Notes: generated by a model not told the origin, from the sequence alone. Positions 19,956 to 30,289 are shown, numbered from the stretch's first letter. The stretch: DNA of 64,000 bases from an uncultured Candidatus Poseidoniales archaeon (GCA_963934165.1 CAWVXH010000002.1:123746-187745); one strand, 5' to 3'. A program made the numbers and translations.

Positions 19956-22937
19956 TCAAATCATATCTAAAAGATGCTTTCCAGTGTGGCTCGCTGGATT
20001 GTTTGCGATGTCTTCTGGAGTGCCTTCGGCAACGATATAGCCACCCATTTCGCCGCCCTCTGGGCCAAGATCAATGACCCAATCGGCGCATTTGACGACA
20101 TCTAAATGGTGTTCGATAACAATTACTGTGTGGCCATTTCTGCGAAGCCGCAAAAGAACTTCGATCAATTGGTGAACATCCGCCATAGAGAGTCCGGTCG
20201 TCGGCTCATCTAGAATGTAGATTGTGTGACTTCGAGTTGGCCGATGTAATTCACTTGCTAATTTTACTCGTTGTGCCTCACCACCAGAGAGTGTTGTTGC
20301 TGGCTGGCCGAGCCGAATATATCCTAAACCAACATCTTCTAAAGTTGAAAGAATTCGATAAATTCTTTTTTGATTTTTGAAAAATTCACAAGATTCTACC
20401 ACTGACATTTCTAGAACTTCATGTATGGTTTTTCCTCTCCAAGTCACTTCCAATGTTTCCCTAGTATAGCGCTTTCCTTTACAGATATCGCAAGTTACCC
20501 AAACATCGGGAAGGAAATTCATTTCGAGTTTCATCGAACCTGCTCCTTTGCAAGATTCGCACCTCCCTCCTTTGACATTGAAAGAAAATTGACCTGGTTT
20601 GTATCCTCTCTCTTTCGCAAGGATTGTTTCAGTAAATAGATCTCTAATCGGCCCAAATGCCCCCGTATAAGTAGCTGCATTCGAACGAGGAGTGCGGCCA
20701 ATGGGAGCTTGGTTGATGACTATGGTTTTGTCAATATGTTCGACTCCCTCGATGGAATCGTGTTTTCCAGGTGAGCGGTCACTTCCGTGTAAATCTCTCA
20801 ATAGAGCGGGGGCAAGTGTGGAAGCGATTAGGGAGGATTTGCCAGAGCCGGAAACTCCTGTAATTGAGACCATGCAACCAAGCGGAATTGCAACATCAAT
20901 ATCTTGAAGATTGTTCTGCCTTGCTCCATTAATCTTTATCCACATATCTTTCGTTGGTTTGATTCTATCTTTTGGTATTGGAATTGACTTTTTACCAGAT
21001 AAGTAGGCCCCAGTCACGCTTTCTTTGTGGGATAATAATTCATCGATGCCGCCACTCACGAGTACTCGGCCACCTTGTTTGCCAGCCCCCGGGCCGATGT
21101 CAACTAGCCAATCGGCTTGGCGCAAAGTTGCCTCATCATGCTCAACTACAAGCAATGTATTGCCAAGAGTAGTGAGTTCACGTAGTGTCTCTAGAAGTCG
21201 CCCATTATCACGTGGGTGTAGCCCTATACTCGGTTCGTCGAGTACATACATAACCCCCGTTAATCTCGTTCCGATTTGGGTAGCAAGACGAATTCGTTGA
21301 GACTCCCCTCCAGATAATGTGCTCGCCCTTCTATCTAGAGTAAGATAGTCTAGGCCGACTTGAGCGAGAAATTTCAATCGTGATTCAATTTCCTTGATAA
21401 TTTCCGTACCTATGAAAATCGAACGCTCGTCAAGTTGTTCGGCTCGTGATATCGTCGGGCTGTTTGGTTTTTCTCTATCGAGTTTTTGCCATGTTTCATC
21501 TGACTCGCCCGAGCGCCAATGCTGAACAACCGCTAAGGCTTCTAGGACACTACAAGAAGAAATTGCGGGAAGTGATACTTTACCGACCGTTACTCGACTA
21601 ACCGCGGAATTGAATTTTTGGCCATCGCAATCCAGGCATGGCTCATCATTCATGAAAGCTGCCAAGCGAGAACGGGTTCTGTCTGAGCCGGTTTCAGTAT
21701 AAGTTCGACGAATGCGAGCAAACACACCTTCCCAGGGCCTTACCATTCGATAGGAGGAGCCTTTTTCAGAAGTAAATTCGAAGTGTATTGCTGTACTTCC
21801 ACTTCCATGCAGTAACACGTCTTGGGCATCTTCTTCCAATTCACTAAACTTGATATCCGGCGAATATCCATAGTGTTCGCAAACATGTTTCATTTGCGTG
21901 CGATACCACCCCGACATCATCGAACTACGAAATGGTCTAATGCATCCTTCAGCAACTGTTGCAGTTCGATCGATTACGAGATCCGCGGAAAATTCCCTCT
22001 GAACGCCCAATCCTTGACAGGTGGGGCAAGCTCCCAATGGGTTGTTGAAAGAAAATACACGTGGCGTCATTTCTGGCAAAAAGGCCCCATGCTTAGGACA
22101 AGCAAATTCTTCGGAATAGGGGATTTTTTCGCCCTGTTTGGTCTTGAATTTTTGTTCAGAAATATCAGAGCCTTTTTCTGGTTTGACCGATTCAAGGCTT
22201 TCAACCGCAATCGTGCCGCCACCAAGCCTTATTCCTGTTTCAACTCCCTCAGTTAGGCGCTGTCGATTCTCCCTAATCAATCGTAATCGGTCGATTCGGA
22301 CATCGATATCGTGACGAAGATTTTTTTCTAAGATAGGGGGGTTTTCAAAACTGGCATCTCGCCCATTCACCACTCCTTCAAGATAGCCTTGCTCGACTAA
22401 TCCTGAAAACAAATCGGCGTGTGTGCCTTTCCGATTACGGATTACTGGGCTCCAAACTGCAATCGCATGACTCTCGAATCGCCACAAAACATCATCAACA
22501 ATTTCTTGGACGGTTCGACGGGCAACCTCATCGCCACATTCGGGGCAATGAGGAATTCCCACTCGAGCCCATAGCAGTCGCATATAATCCATGATTTCAG
22601 TAACTGTCGCAACGGTTGAGCGAGGGTTATGGCTTCCTTGTTTTTGATCGATGCTAATCGCAGGAGAAAGGCCTTCGATAGAATCGCAATCTGGCTTTTT
22701 CATTTGTCCGAGGAATTGCCTGGCGTATGAGCTCAGACTCTCGACATACCGCCGTTGCCCTTCAGCATAGAGTGTGTCAAATGCTAAGCTAGATTTACCG
22801 CTACCTGAAACGCCAGAAATTACGACAAATTTTCCTCGTGGAATACTAACATCGATATTCTTCAGATTATGAGTTCGGGCGCCGCGAACCTCGATCCATC
22901 CTCGATCTAAGTGGCGATTATTATTCTCGGCCGCCAC
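19956..22937 (-). CDS. uvrA: Excinuclease ABC subunit A
   Basis: GARTHNLK, two GVSGSGKSSL Walker A motifs, LSGGESQR/LSGGEAQR, and zinc fingers. Confidence 0.98.
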   Translation of the reverse strand: MAAENNNRHLDRGWIEVRGARTHNLKNIDVSIPRGKFVVISGVSGSGKSSLAFDTLYAEGQRRYVESLSSYARQFLGQMKKPDCDSIEGLSPAISIDQKQGSHNPRSTVATVTEIMDYMRLLWARVGIPHCPECGDEVARRTVQEIVDDVLWRFESHAIAVWSPVIRNRKGTHADLFSGLVEQGYLEGVVNGRDASFENPPILEKNLRHDIDVRIDRLRLIRENRQRLTEGVETGIRLGGGTIAVESLESVKPEKGSDISEQKFKTKQGEKIPYSEEFACPKHGAFLPEMTPRVFSFNNPLGACPTCQGLGVQREFSADLVIDRTATVAEGCIRPFRSSMMSGWYRTQMKHVCEHYGYSPDIKFSELEEDAQDVLLHGSGSTAIHFEFTSEKGSSYRMVRPWEGVFARIRRTYTETGSDRTRSRLAAFMNDEPCLDCDGQKFNSAVSRVTVGKVSLPAISSCSVLEALAVVQHWRSGESDETWQKLDREKPNSPTISRAEQLDERSIFIGTEIIKEIESRLKFLAQVGLDYLTLDRRASTLSGGESQRIRLATQIGTRLTGVMYVLDEPSIGLHPRDNGRLLETLRELTTLGNTLLVVEHDEATLRQADWLVDIGPGAGKQGGRVLVSGGIDELLSHKESVTGAYLSGKKSIPIPKDRIKPTKDMWIKINGARQNNLQDIDVAIPLGCMVSITGVSGSGKSSLIASTLAPALLRDLHGSDRSPGKHDSIEGVEHIDKTIVINQAPIGRTPRSNAATYTGAFGPIRDLFTETILAKERGYKPGQFSFNVKGGRCESCKGAGSMKLEMNFLPDVWVTCDICKGKRYTRETLEVTWRGKTIHEVLEMSVVESCEFFKNQKRIYRILSTLEDVGLGYIRLGQPATTLSGGEAQRVKLASELHRPTRSHTIYILDEPTTGLSMADVHQLIEVLLRLRRNGHTVIVIEHHLDVVKCADWVIDLGPEGGEMGGYIVAEGTPEDIANNPASHTGKHLLDMI

Positions 22938-23009
22938 GTCCTAATCCCCTTGCGCAGGTTAAGCGTGATATCGGCCGCCCTTGAATTCATGGTTCAAAGA
23001 ATAATAAAA

Positions 23010-24218
23010 TTATTCATTCCACCAGAAAGCATCAATGTTTTCTCCTGTCCCAGCATCGATGCCAGGGGGAAGGATGGAAAGCGCATTGTGAGCGACTAGA
23101 CTGTGTATATTGCCACTACCTTGATGGGTGTGCGTAGTAGCAATTAATTCGTCGTTTTTAGAAGTAATTTTGATTCGACGCAAACAAATTTTGTTTTTGG
23201 CCCCTATGATTGGATCTTGTAATCTCGCCCGTACATATTTACCAAGAGCGTTTGCGTGCGCCCCTGCACCTAAATTGAAAGAAATCCATGGTGCTACTAT
23301 CATCAAAAAGACAACGTGGCTGCTTACAGGATTGCCGGGTAATCCAAAAATTGGTACGCCATTCCATTCACCAAAAAGGGGCGGCCCCCCGGGGCGCATT
23401 TTGACCCGCCAGAATTTCATATCACCCTCTTCCTCCATTAATTTTCGTACGAAATCCCATTCACCCATACTAACTCCACCACTAGTCAAAATTGCATCAC
23501 ATTCAGATGCTGCGGCAGTCAAAGCCGCCCTTAGAGAATCGATTGAATCTGTTACTGGTTCAAATCGAATCGCCTGACCACCCATTTTATCAATTAATAC
23601 ACTAATTCCATATGAGTTGGACTCGTAAATTTCACCGGGTAATAACTCAGTGCCTGGAGGTTTTAGTTCATCACCGGTACTAATAATTGCAATTTTTGGT
23701 TTTTTGACTACTTTAACCTCGGCGAAACCCATCGTCGCTGTCAAGGAAATCGATGCTGCGGACATTCTTGTGCCTGCAGATAGGGTTTCTTCCCCCCTTG
23801 ACAAGTTTTCTGATTTTTTTCGGATGTAATTCTTGTTTGCTGGGCCGGTCAAAGTAACTTTGTCACCCTTGACTTGACTGTTTTCAACAACAACAATTGC
23901 ATCAGCACCAGCAGGCATTGGAGCTCCTGTCATAATTTGGCATGCCTGGCCGGTTCTGATTTTAGGTGGTTGTTCACCTCCCGCTTTACTTGCCCCTACT
24001 ATTTTCAAAACTGTAATTTCACTCAAAAAATCTGAAGAACATACTGCCCAGCCATCCATTGCAGAGTTATCGAATCGAGGATCGTCAACTTTTGAATTCA
24101 ACGATTCGGCGAGGGTGCGGCCATGCAATTTTGATAAGTCGACTATTTCTGTACCTAAATTCATTGTCGATTTACAAGCCAATTCAATGGCACGCTCGAC
24201 AGATACTCCTTTCTCCAC
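23010..24218 (-). CDS. moeA: Molybdopterin molybdenumtransferase
   Basis: SAMDGWA, IMTGAPMP, STGDEL, SGGVSMG and GLPGNPVS motifs. Confidence 0.95.
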   Translation of the reverse strand: MEKGVSVERAIELACKSTMNLGTEIVDLSKLHGRTLAESLNSKVDDPRFDNSAMDGWAVCSSDFLSEITVLKIVGASKAGGEQPPKIRTGQACQIMTGAPMPAGADAIVVVENSQVKGDKVTLTGPANKNYIRKKSENLSRGEETLSAGTRMSAASISLTATMGFAEVKVVKKPKIAIISTGDELKPPGTELLPGEIYESNSYGISVLIDKMGGQAIRFEPVTDSIDSLRAALTAAASECDAILTSGGVSMGEWDFVRKLMEEEGDMKFWRVKMRPGGPPLFGEWNGVPIFGLPGNPVSSHVVFLMIVAPWISFNLGAGAHANALGKYVRARLQDPIIGAKNKICLRRIKITSKNDELIATTHTHQGSGNIHSLVAHNALSILPPGIDAGTGENIDAFWWNE

Positions 24219-24269
24219 GACCGTTGAGGTGGCGTTTAGTTCAAGTGTTCTTCCTGTATCGGTTCGAAT

Positions 24270-25037
24270 GTGCTCGATTTAGAATTAGTAATTCTGATAT
24301 TATCCCTCGGAGTCGTTGCAGCACTATACTCATCCGTAGGACATGGCGGTGGTTCCGGATATATCGCAATCCTATCTTTATCTGTATTTGCGATGTCTGA
24401 TCCTAACTGGTTAAAGCAACACGCATGGAGTTTGAATTTGGTTGTCGCAGCAATTTCATTCTATCATTTCCATTCTCTCGGGCACCATCGTTCAGCACTC
24501 ACAATTCCATTCGTTCTTGCAAGTGTACCGATGGCGTTTATTGGTGGATACTTGGCTGTTACGGGCAATGTATATGATTTGCTTCTTTCATTAATTTTAA
24601 TATTGGCTGCAATACGTCTCTTAACCTCAAAATCTGAAGATTACGATACATCTATTCGGCACCCTAGCTGGAAAGTGATTTTGCCGTGGGGAGCAGGAAT
24701 TGGCCTGATTAGTGGAATTGTAGGTATTGGTGGTGGCATACTCCTATCTCCTCTTCTAATGCTTAGAGGATGGGCTACACCAAAAATGGCCGCCGCAACA
24801 TCAGCGGCTTTCATTTGGGTAAACTCTGCAGCTGGACTTATTGGGAGTGCGTCTGTAAATGGGATTTTAATGCAATCAGAATTAATTATACCTGCAATTC
24901 CAATGGTAATTATTGGAGGGTTATTCGGTTCAAAATTAGGTGCTGCCTCTGCCAATCAATCATTAGTCAGAAAAATATTGGTGGCCGTCTTATTATTAGC
25001 GGCGGTAAAAAGATTAGCGGATTTAGTTGGTTTTTGA
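24270..25037 (+). CDS. Sulfite exporter TauE/SafE (TSUP) family membrane protein
   Basis: SSVGHGGGSGY, GIVGIGGGI and AAATSAAFIWVNS motifs. Confidence 0.88.
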   Translation: MLDLELVILILSLGVVAALYSSVGHGGGSGYIAILSLSVFAMSDPNWLKQHAWSLNLVVAAISFYHFHSLGHHRSALTIPFVLASVPMAFIGGYLAVTGNVYDLLLSLILILAAIRLLTSKSEDYDTSIRHPSWKVILPWGAGIGLISGIVGIGGGILLSPLLMLRGWATPKMAAATSAAFIWVNSAAGLIGSASVNGILMQSELIIPAIPMVIIGGLFGSKLGAASANQSLVRKILVAVLLLAAVKRLADLVGF

Positions 25038-25044
25038 ATACTGT

Positions 25045-25608
25045 TTATACGCCCATCATATCTGAATGCCCACACTCTGAATAAGCGCAGATGACTTTGT
25101 ATCTCTCAAGAGAAGGTTGAGGGATTTGCATTATTGAGCCACACATACTACATTGATGGCTGATGATTTCTGGCTCCTTAGATTCTTCTTCTTCATACGC
25201 GTCGAGAATATTATCGGTTGCTGTCCAACCAATTTGGTCCGTGTATGTATCTTCTTCTTCTTCGATTTTTTTTGCCCTTAGACCGAGTTTGATTTTGATC
25301 CTACGGCCTTTCTTTTTAGCAGGGGGCTTTTTTCTCCTTGGTTTCCCAGACGGTTTTTGCGGCCTGCCTTTCGGTGCAGGTCTTTTTCCCTTAGCTGGGC
25401 GTTTGCCTTTAGGAAGTGGGGGGCCCTTCGACTTAGGCCGGGATTGAGAGGGGGGCTTTCCAGGGGGAGGGGGTGGTGATTTGGGTTTGGCCGAAGGAGG
25501 AGGAGGGGGGTTATTCGGCGCCTTCGGAGATTGGGGGGGCATCGGGGGTTTCGGGGGTTTTGCCTTCGGCAGCCGCTTTGGTGGCGGGGGTGGAACCTTG
25601 TCTGCCAT
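25045..25608 (-). CDS. Pro/Lys-rich hypothetical protein with C-terminal zinc ribbon
   Basis: Low-complexity P/K N-terminus, an acidic segment, then CSMC...CAYSEC. Confidence 0.7.
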   Translation of the reverse strand: MADKVPPPPPKRLPKAKPPKPPMPPQSPKAPNNPPPPPSAKPKSPPPPPGKPPSQSRPKSKGPPLPKGKRPAKGKRPAPKGRPQKPSGKPRRKKPPAKKKGRRIKIKLGLRAKKIEEEEDTYTDQIGWTATDNILDAYEEEESKEPEIISHQCSMCGSIMQIPQPSLERYKVICAYSECGHSDMMGV

Positions 25609-25677
25609 GGCTATCTTCTCTTGGCAAAGCGGGTTACTCTTTCAAAGAATCGGGGTTATGTTATCGTTCAGAAAATA

Positions 25678-26220
25678 TTATGCTGGGAATTTGACTAGTG
25701 AAATTGACTCGATTGGATTCAATCTTTTAGAGCCCCCGAGGCCTTCTAATTCGATAACAAATAAGCTAGAAATTACTTCGCCACCTAATTTCTCACATAA
25801 TTTAACACAAGCTTCTACGGTACCCCCAGTAGCAAGAAGATCGTCGATAATAATGATTTTTTGGCCCTTTGATATTGCGTCATCGTGCATTTCTAGTGTA
25901 TTCGACCCATATTCTAAAGAATATTCTATTTTTATTTTTGAAAAAGGCAGTTTCCCTGGTTTCCTAACAGGAACGAAACCTATACCTAAATGGGCTGCTA
26001 ATAAAGAGCCGAAGATAAATCCTCGAGATTCGGGCCCTAGAACCAAATCAGGTTGCCAATTATTTTCTTGTATAATTTCTGAAAATGTTTCTGTGATTTT
26101 TTTAAGTAGCGTTCCGTCCGAAAGAATTGGAGAAATATCTCTAAACATTATGCCCTCGATAGGGAAATTAGGAATTGTCCTAATTGTTGATTTGAGGATC
26201 TTTTCTATTTTATCTGGCAT
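25678..26220 (-). CDS. apt: Adenine phosphoribosyltransferase
   Basis: PNFPIEGIMFRDI, ESRGF, RKPGKLP, LEYG and IIDDLLATGGT motifs. Confidence 0.96.
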   Translation of the reverse strand: MPDKIEKILKSTIRTIPNFPIEGIMFRDISPILSDGTLLKKITETFSEIIQENNWQPDLVLGPESRGFIFGSLLAAHLGIGFVPVRKPGKLPFSKIKIEYSLEYGSNTLEMHDDAISKGQKIIIIDDLLATGGTVEACVKLCEKLGGEVISSLFVIELEGLGGSKRLNPIESISLVKFPA

Positions 26221-26243
26221 GCTAATCGCTCCGTGTGAGGGAG

Positions 26244-26275
26244 AGGGACCCCGGATCAATATGACCCGGGGCCCT
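26244..26275 (-). terminator. GC-rich stem-loop between the NCS2 permease and apt
   Basis: Minus strand AGGGCCCCGGGTCA-TAT-TGATCCGGGGTCCCT forms a 14-bp stem with one bulge and one G-U pair. Confidence 0.55.
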
Positions 26276-26289
26276 TTGCGTCATTAGGC

Positions 26290-27795
26290 TCAGAGTCCGC
26301 CTATGAGGAACTCAAAGGTAGTCTCACTACCTGGACCGAGGTAGAACATTAGCATCAATACCGCTAATCCTGCCACAATCTTATTGATGTCGTTAAATCG
26401 TCCTGTTCCCACCATTATTGCACAGTAGGAAATAAGACCCCATGCAATACCGTCTGCGATAGAGTATGTGAATGGCATCATGACCATTGTTATGAATGCA
26501 GGTACTGCAATGGATTTATCGTTCCAGTTGATATCTGCAGCTTGCCGCATCATCATTGCTCCAACAATAACAAGAGCCGAGGCCATTGCAAATTGTGGAA
26601 TTGCTTCGAATAATCCTGAAAAGAATAATCCTGATAGCATTAACACACCAACAGTAGCGGCGGTTAATCCAGTACGGCCACCTTCTTCTATTCCAGCAGC
26701 AGATTCAATGTATGTTGTAGTAGTACTTGTTCCAAACATTGCGCCTACGATTGTTGCTGCAGCGTCGGACATGAAAGCTTCGTCTGAGTTCATTAATTCG
26801 TCATTTTCATCTACATATCCGGCTTGACGGCCGACGGAATAAAGTGTTCCGGCAGTATCAAAAATATCTACGAAAAGGAAGGTGATCATAACTAGTAAGA
26901 ATTCTCCTATTGGCGTACCGTCGCCTCCAACGTCACCAAGTGCTCCAGCCGCCTTTCCAAATGTGGCGGATGGCCATTCTGGCATACTAAATATGGCGTC
27001 TAATGCTGGTGCAGTTGCTACTCCATGGCCTGCCACCCCTGCTACGAAGTCGGGGGTGTAGTCGCATACGGTTCCTACATCTGTGTCGAAACAGTAGTTA
27101 ATGACTGCATATCCTTCATTATAGGGATCGGTTACTCCTAGGGCCCAGCCAATTACTGAAACTCCTAAAATTCCGAAAATTATTGCGCCTTTGATTTCTC
27201 TGGCCATCATAATTGCAATGGCCAGTAATCCAATCATAGCCCAGAACGCACCTGATGTCATGGGATCCATTGCTGCTGTATCGCCCAAATTTACAAGAGT
27301 GGCGTTATCGTGCTGTACCCAACCCATTTCACGAAGGCCGATGATTGCTAGGAACATTCCTATTCCTGCGCCGGTTGCTATCTTTAAGTCGGTTGGTATT
27401 GCATTAATCATTGCAGTTCTTACACCGACTTGAGGTAGTGATAATATCAAGAATAATACACCTTCAACAAGTACTGCTGCTAGTGCAACTTCCCAAGGTA
27501 TTGCCATTGCCCAAGGCGCAGCTACGGTGAATGCGAAGTAGGCATTCAACCCCATTCCCGGCGCCATAGCAAAGGGTAATTTCGCCCAAAACGCCATAGC
27601 CATACAACCTACAAACGCAGCCATTGCTGTAGCAAACAACGCATCCGCAAACGGGATACCTGCCACACTCAACATTGACGGATTGACCAACAGGATGTAG
27701 GCCATTGTCAGGAAGGTTGATGCGCCTGCCTTAATTTCAGTCTCGACAGTGCTTCCAGCCTCTGTCACTCCAAACATTTTATCTAATTGTTCCAT
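26290..27795 (-). CDS. NCS2 (AzgA-like) purine permease
   Basis: TFLTMAYI, APGMGLNAYF, DIFDTAGT and YIESAAGI..GGRTG motifs; sits directly upstream of apt. Confidence 0.93.
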   Translation of the reverse strand: MEQLDKMFGVTEAGSTVETEIKAGASTFLTMAYILLVNPSMLSVAGIPFADALFATAMAAFVGCMAMAFWAKLPFAMAPGMGLNAYFAFTVAAPWAMAIPWEVALAAVLVEGVLFLILSLPQVGVRTAMINAIPTDLKIATGAGIGMFLAIIGLREMGWVQHDNATLVNLGDTAAMDPMTSGAFWAMIGLLAIAIMMAREIKGAIIFGILGVSVIGWALGVTDPYNEGYAVINYCFDTDVGTVCDYTPDFVAGVAGHGVATAPALDAIFSMPEWPSATFGKAAGALGDVGGDGTPIGEFLLVMITFLFVDIFDTAGTLYSVGRQAGYVDENDELMNSDEAFMSDAAATIVGAMFGTSTTTTYIESAAGIEEGGRTGLTAATVGVLMLSGLFFSGLFEAIPQFAMASALVIVGAMMMRQAADINWNDKSIAVPAFITMVMMPFTYSIADGIAWGLISYCAIMVGTGRFNDINKIVAGLAVLMLMFYLGPGSETTFEFLIGGL

Positions 27796-27826
27796 TTTTC
27801 ATTTCATCTCCTTATTTTGATTAATT

Positions 27827-27863
27827 CTGACGCGGCGTCAGCCGCATACACAGGCGTTAACGC
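27827..27863. promoter_or_regulatory. Palindromes upstream of the purine permease-apt pair
   Basis: CTGACGC-G-GCGTCAG (27827-27841) and GCGTTAACGC (27854-27863); SD-like AAGGAGATGA before the ATG. Confidence 0.45.
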
Positions 27864-27895
27864 ACAAAGCCTATGAATTTCACTGAAGAATGAAA

Positions 27896-29206
27896 TCAAG
27901 ATTCTATTTGTATTGGCCTTCCATTAACTGGAAGGTGTGTATCCATTTCTTCACTTAATTCGGAAAAAATATCATTTCGGCCATCATCAGGAGCATGGAA
28001 AAGAATTAGGTGTTTTGGCTTACATTCTCTTGCAAAATTACACAATTCACTATGGCCCGCATGATTAGAAAGTTGAAATTGAGTGATCTCTAAATCTATT
28101 TGAATAAGATTGCGGAAAATATTGAGTTTACCCTCATCTAGAAGTTTCCGTCCGCCCGATCCTTCTGCTTGATACCCTGTCAATAAAATTTCATTGGCTA
28201 GATCGTGCCGCAACCTATTGAGATACCACAATGCGGGCCCTCCATCCAACATCCCACTGGTTGTTACAATTACATCCGCAGTAAGCGCCTTTTTCCTATC
28301 AGATTTTCCAGAAACACGCTTAACCCACCTCCACATATCTTTGAGTCGATTCGGGTCACGAATATGTTGTGGATTGTCGAACCAATGTGAAGTAATTCTC
28401 GTCCCCATTCCATCAAAATGAACATTGAGATGGGGGGCATATTGATGTAAAATCATGAGAATGTCCTGGCCCCGTCCCGATGCAAAGGCAGGAATTAGGG
28501 CCACCCCCCTCTTTCCTACGATTTCGATTACTTTTTTGACTAGCTTTTGCTCTTCTTTTGGGCGATTCGGGTGCTCTCTTCCCCCATAAGTCCCCTCTAA
28601 ACAGAGTATGTCGCATTCCACGGGAATTGCCCCAAGGGTGTTCGGACTGTCTCGAGTATCAATATCACCGGACCAAAGGATACTATGAGTTGGGGTTTTG
28701 ATTTCAACCATAGCCGCGCCAGGTAAATGTCCCGCCCGATGCAATCGGCATTTCCACGCACCTACCTTGAACCATTCTCCATATTCATGTGGGTACCAAG
28801 AATCTAGGGCATATTCCATATCTCGTTTGTCCCAAGCTAATGGATATCCTTCAATGCTTGAAACTTTATACGTATCGCGCCACATTATTTCAGAGACATC
28901 TGCAGTTAAACTTGTTCCATGTAAACGAATGTTTTGATGTTGGGTTAGCCACGGGGCCATTCCAATATGATCAATGTGACTATGAGTGATTATAGCATCA
29001 GAAATTGGGGGACATTCGTCCGGATATTTTGGGGGGCGGGTTGGGGCTAATCCATAGTCAATCAATAATCTTGTACCGGTTGAATCTTCGATAACACACC
29101 CAACATTCCCTACTTCATTCCCCCCACCAAGAAAATGAAATTGGATTCCTGAATCGATGTCCTTTGAAGAATATTTAGTGGTGCGCCCCGGCGTGTAAAG
29201 AACCAT
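27896..29206 (-). CDS. Metallo-beta-lactamase/beta-CASP ribonuclease (aCPSF2-like)
   Basis: LGGGNEVG, THSHIDHIG, AGHLPG, GRGQD, GYQAEGS and NHAG motifs. Confidence 0.9.
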   Translation of the reverse strand: MVLYTPGRTTKYSSKDIDSGIQFHFLGGGNEVGNVGCVIEDSTGTRLLIDYGLAPTRPPKYPDECPPISDAIITHSHIDHIGMAPWLTQHQNIRLHGTSLTADVSEIMWRDTYKVSSIEGYPLAWDKRDMEYALDSWYPHEYGEWFKVGAWKCRLHRAGHLPGAAMVEIKTPTHSILWSGDIDTRDSPNTLGAIPVECDILCLEGTYGGREHPNRPKEEQKLVKKVIEIVGKRGVALIPAFASGRGQDILMILHQYAPHLNVHFDGMGTRITSHWFDNPQHIRDPNRLKDMWRWVKRVSGKSDRKKALTADVIVTTSGMLDGGPALWYLNRLRHDLANEILLTGYQAEGSGGRKLLDEGKLNIFRNLIQIDLEITQFQLSNHAGHSELCNFARECKPKHLILFHAPDDGRNDIFSELSEEMDTHLPVNGRPIQIES

Positions 29207-29468
29207 TTCATCTCACGGAGTGGGTGATTAGTGATGAGGGAATCGGATAGGACCCCCCTGGGTTCCACTGTAATGTTGATTTTCTTCTTTTTTGGTTAAA
29301 GTATTTTATTTTAGATATGATTAATACCCTTCAGTGTCAGAAGCCTAATGAATATCGTTAATCAATAAATAGAAGCCATTTTTATTAGATTTATTTCGAT
29401 ATAATTTAATTTCTAGTGGAAGTTGGGGGGTTGGGGTAATTTGAGAAACACAACCCTACCCACACCAT

Positions 29469-29660
29469 TTGTTGAAAACTCCTGATCACTCACTAATCAT
29501 CAATGATTCTCGTTGCTTTGGTTGCGCAGCTTGTGTAGCGATTTGCCCTCTTGATGCTTTATCTTTAAACAATCTTTTAATCGATGTTGAAGAAAAGAAA
29601 TGCACTCATTGTGAGCTTTGCTTACCCATATGTCCTGTTTTTGCGATAGAAATAAGGTGA
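29469..29660 (+). CDS. 2x[4Fe-4S] ferredoxin
   Basis: CFGCAACVAICP and CTHCELCLPICP. Confidence 0.92.
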   Translation: MLKTPDHSLIINDSRCFGCAACVAICPLDALSLNNLLIDVEEKKCTHCELCLPICPVFAIEIR

Positions 29661-30289
29661 TGGCATTGAGGAATGTAGCAATTATTGGATCAACGATTGA
29701 TGCATATATTTGTGCTCATCAAATACTTGATAATGATAACAATACACTAATCACTCTTTTTGATGAATCGGCAGAAGCAGGATTTGCTGAAGACGCCCCT
29801 GGTATTTTCCTCAATTGGCCTTTAGTATCTACCAAGTGGTATTCAGGCCTTTTTCGACAAACCCCAAACCAATCTTCAACTGCCGTTCGCTACGCCTGGT
29901 TCTTAAAATCAATAGCGATAGCTCTTTCAAAACGAAATGCAACCTTTCTTCTACGAACAAAAATCACAAAAACATCTGGTAACATTGTCGAGTTCGAAGG
30001 CGCTGGATTAATCCCCAAATCCACCCAATCATTTGATAATATATTTGATTTTAGAAAAGAAAAATCAAATCAAATGTGGAACGGGGGAATCTCCACTAAT
30101 ATTTTAGAAGATAATTATGATGTTATTGGAAAACGTGTTGATGGAACCATAGAGGTGTGGTGGCAGGGCGAAAATAGAAATGAAGAGGTTTGGTTACAAA
30201 CAATGTCTTGGTGCGGAACAGATCCTCGTAATGCTTTAGAAGATATGATTGGGAATGGAATAATAACCGCAAACACAATCAAATCTTGA
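29660..30289 (+). CDS. Hypothetical protein with degenerate GGR-like FAD-binding fold
   Basis: Start overlaps the ferredoxin stop. NVAIIGSTIDAY..A resembles a Rossmann start whose GxGxxG has decayed. Confidence 0.6.
   Translation: MALRNVAIIGSTIDAYICAHQILDNDNNTLITLFDESAEAGFAEDAPGIFLNWPLVSTKWYSGLFRQTPNQSSTAVRYAWFLKSIAIALSKRNATFLLRTKITKTSGNIVEFEGAGLIPKSTQSFDNIFDFRKEKSNQMWNGGISTNILEDNYDVIGKRVDGTIEVWWQGENRNEEVWLQTMSWCGTDPRNALEDMIGNGIITANTIKS

Noticed and set aside
25481-26287. 268-aa Gly-rich plus-strand ORF
   Set aside because: Antisense to apt and the Pro-rich gene; the Gly runs mirror Pro codons.
29207-29468. AT-rich spacer as a replication origin or C/D-box sRNA
   Set aside because: No ORB repeats or cdc6 nearby; GTGATGA has no suitably placed CTGA D box.
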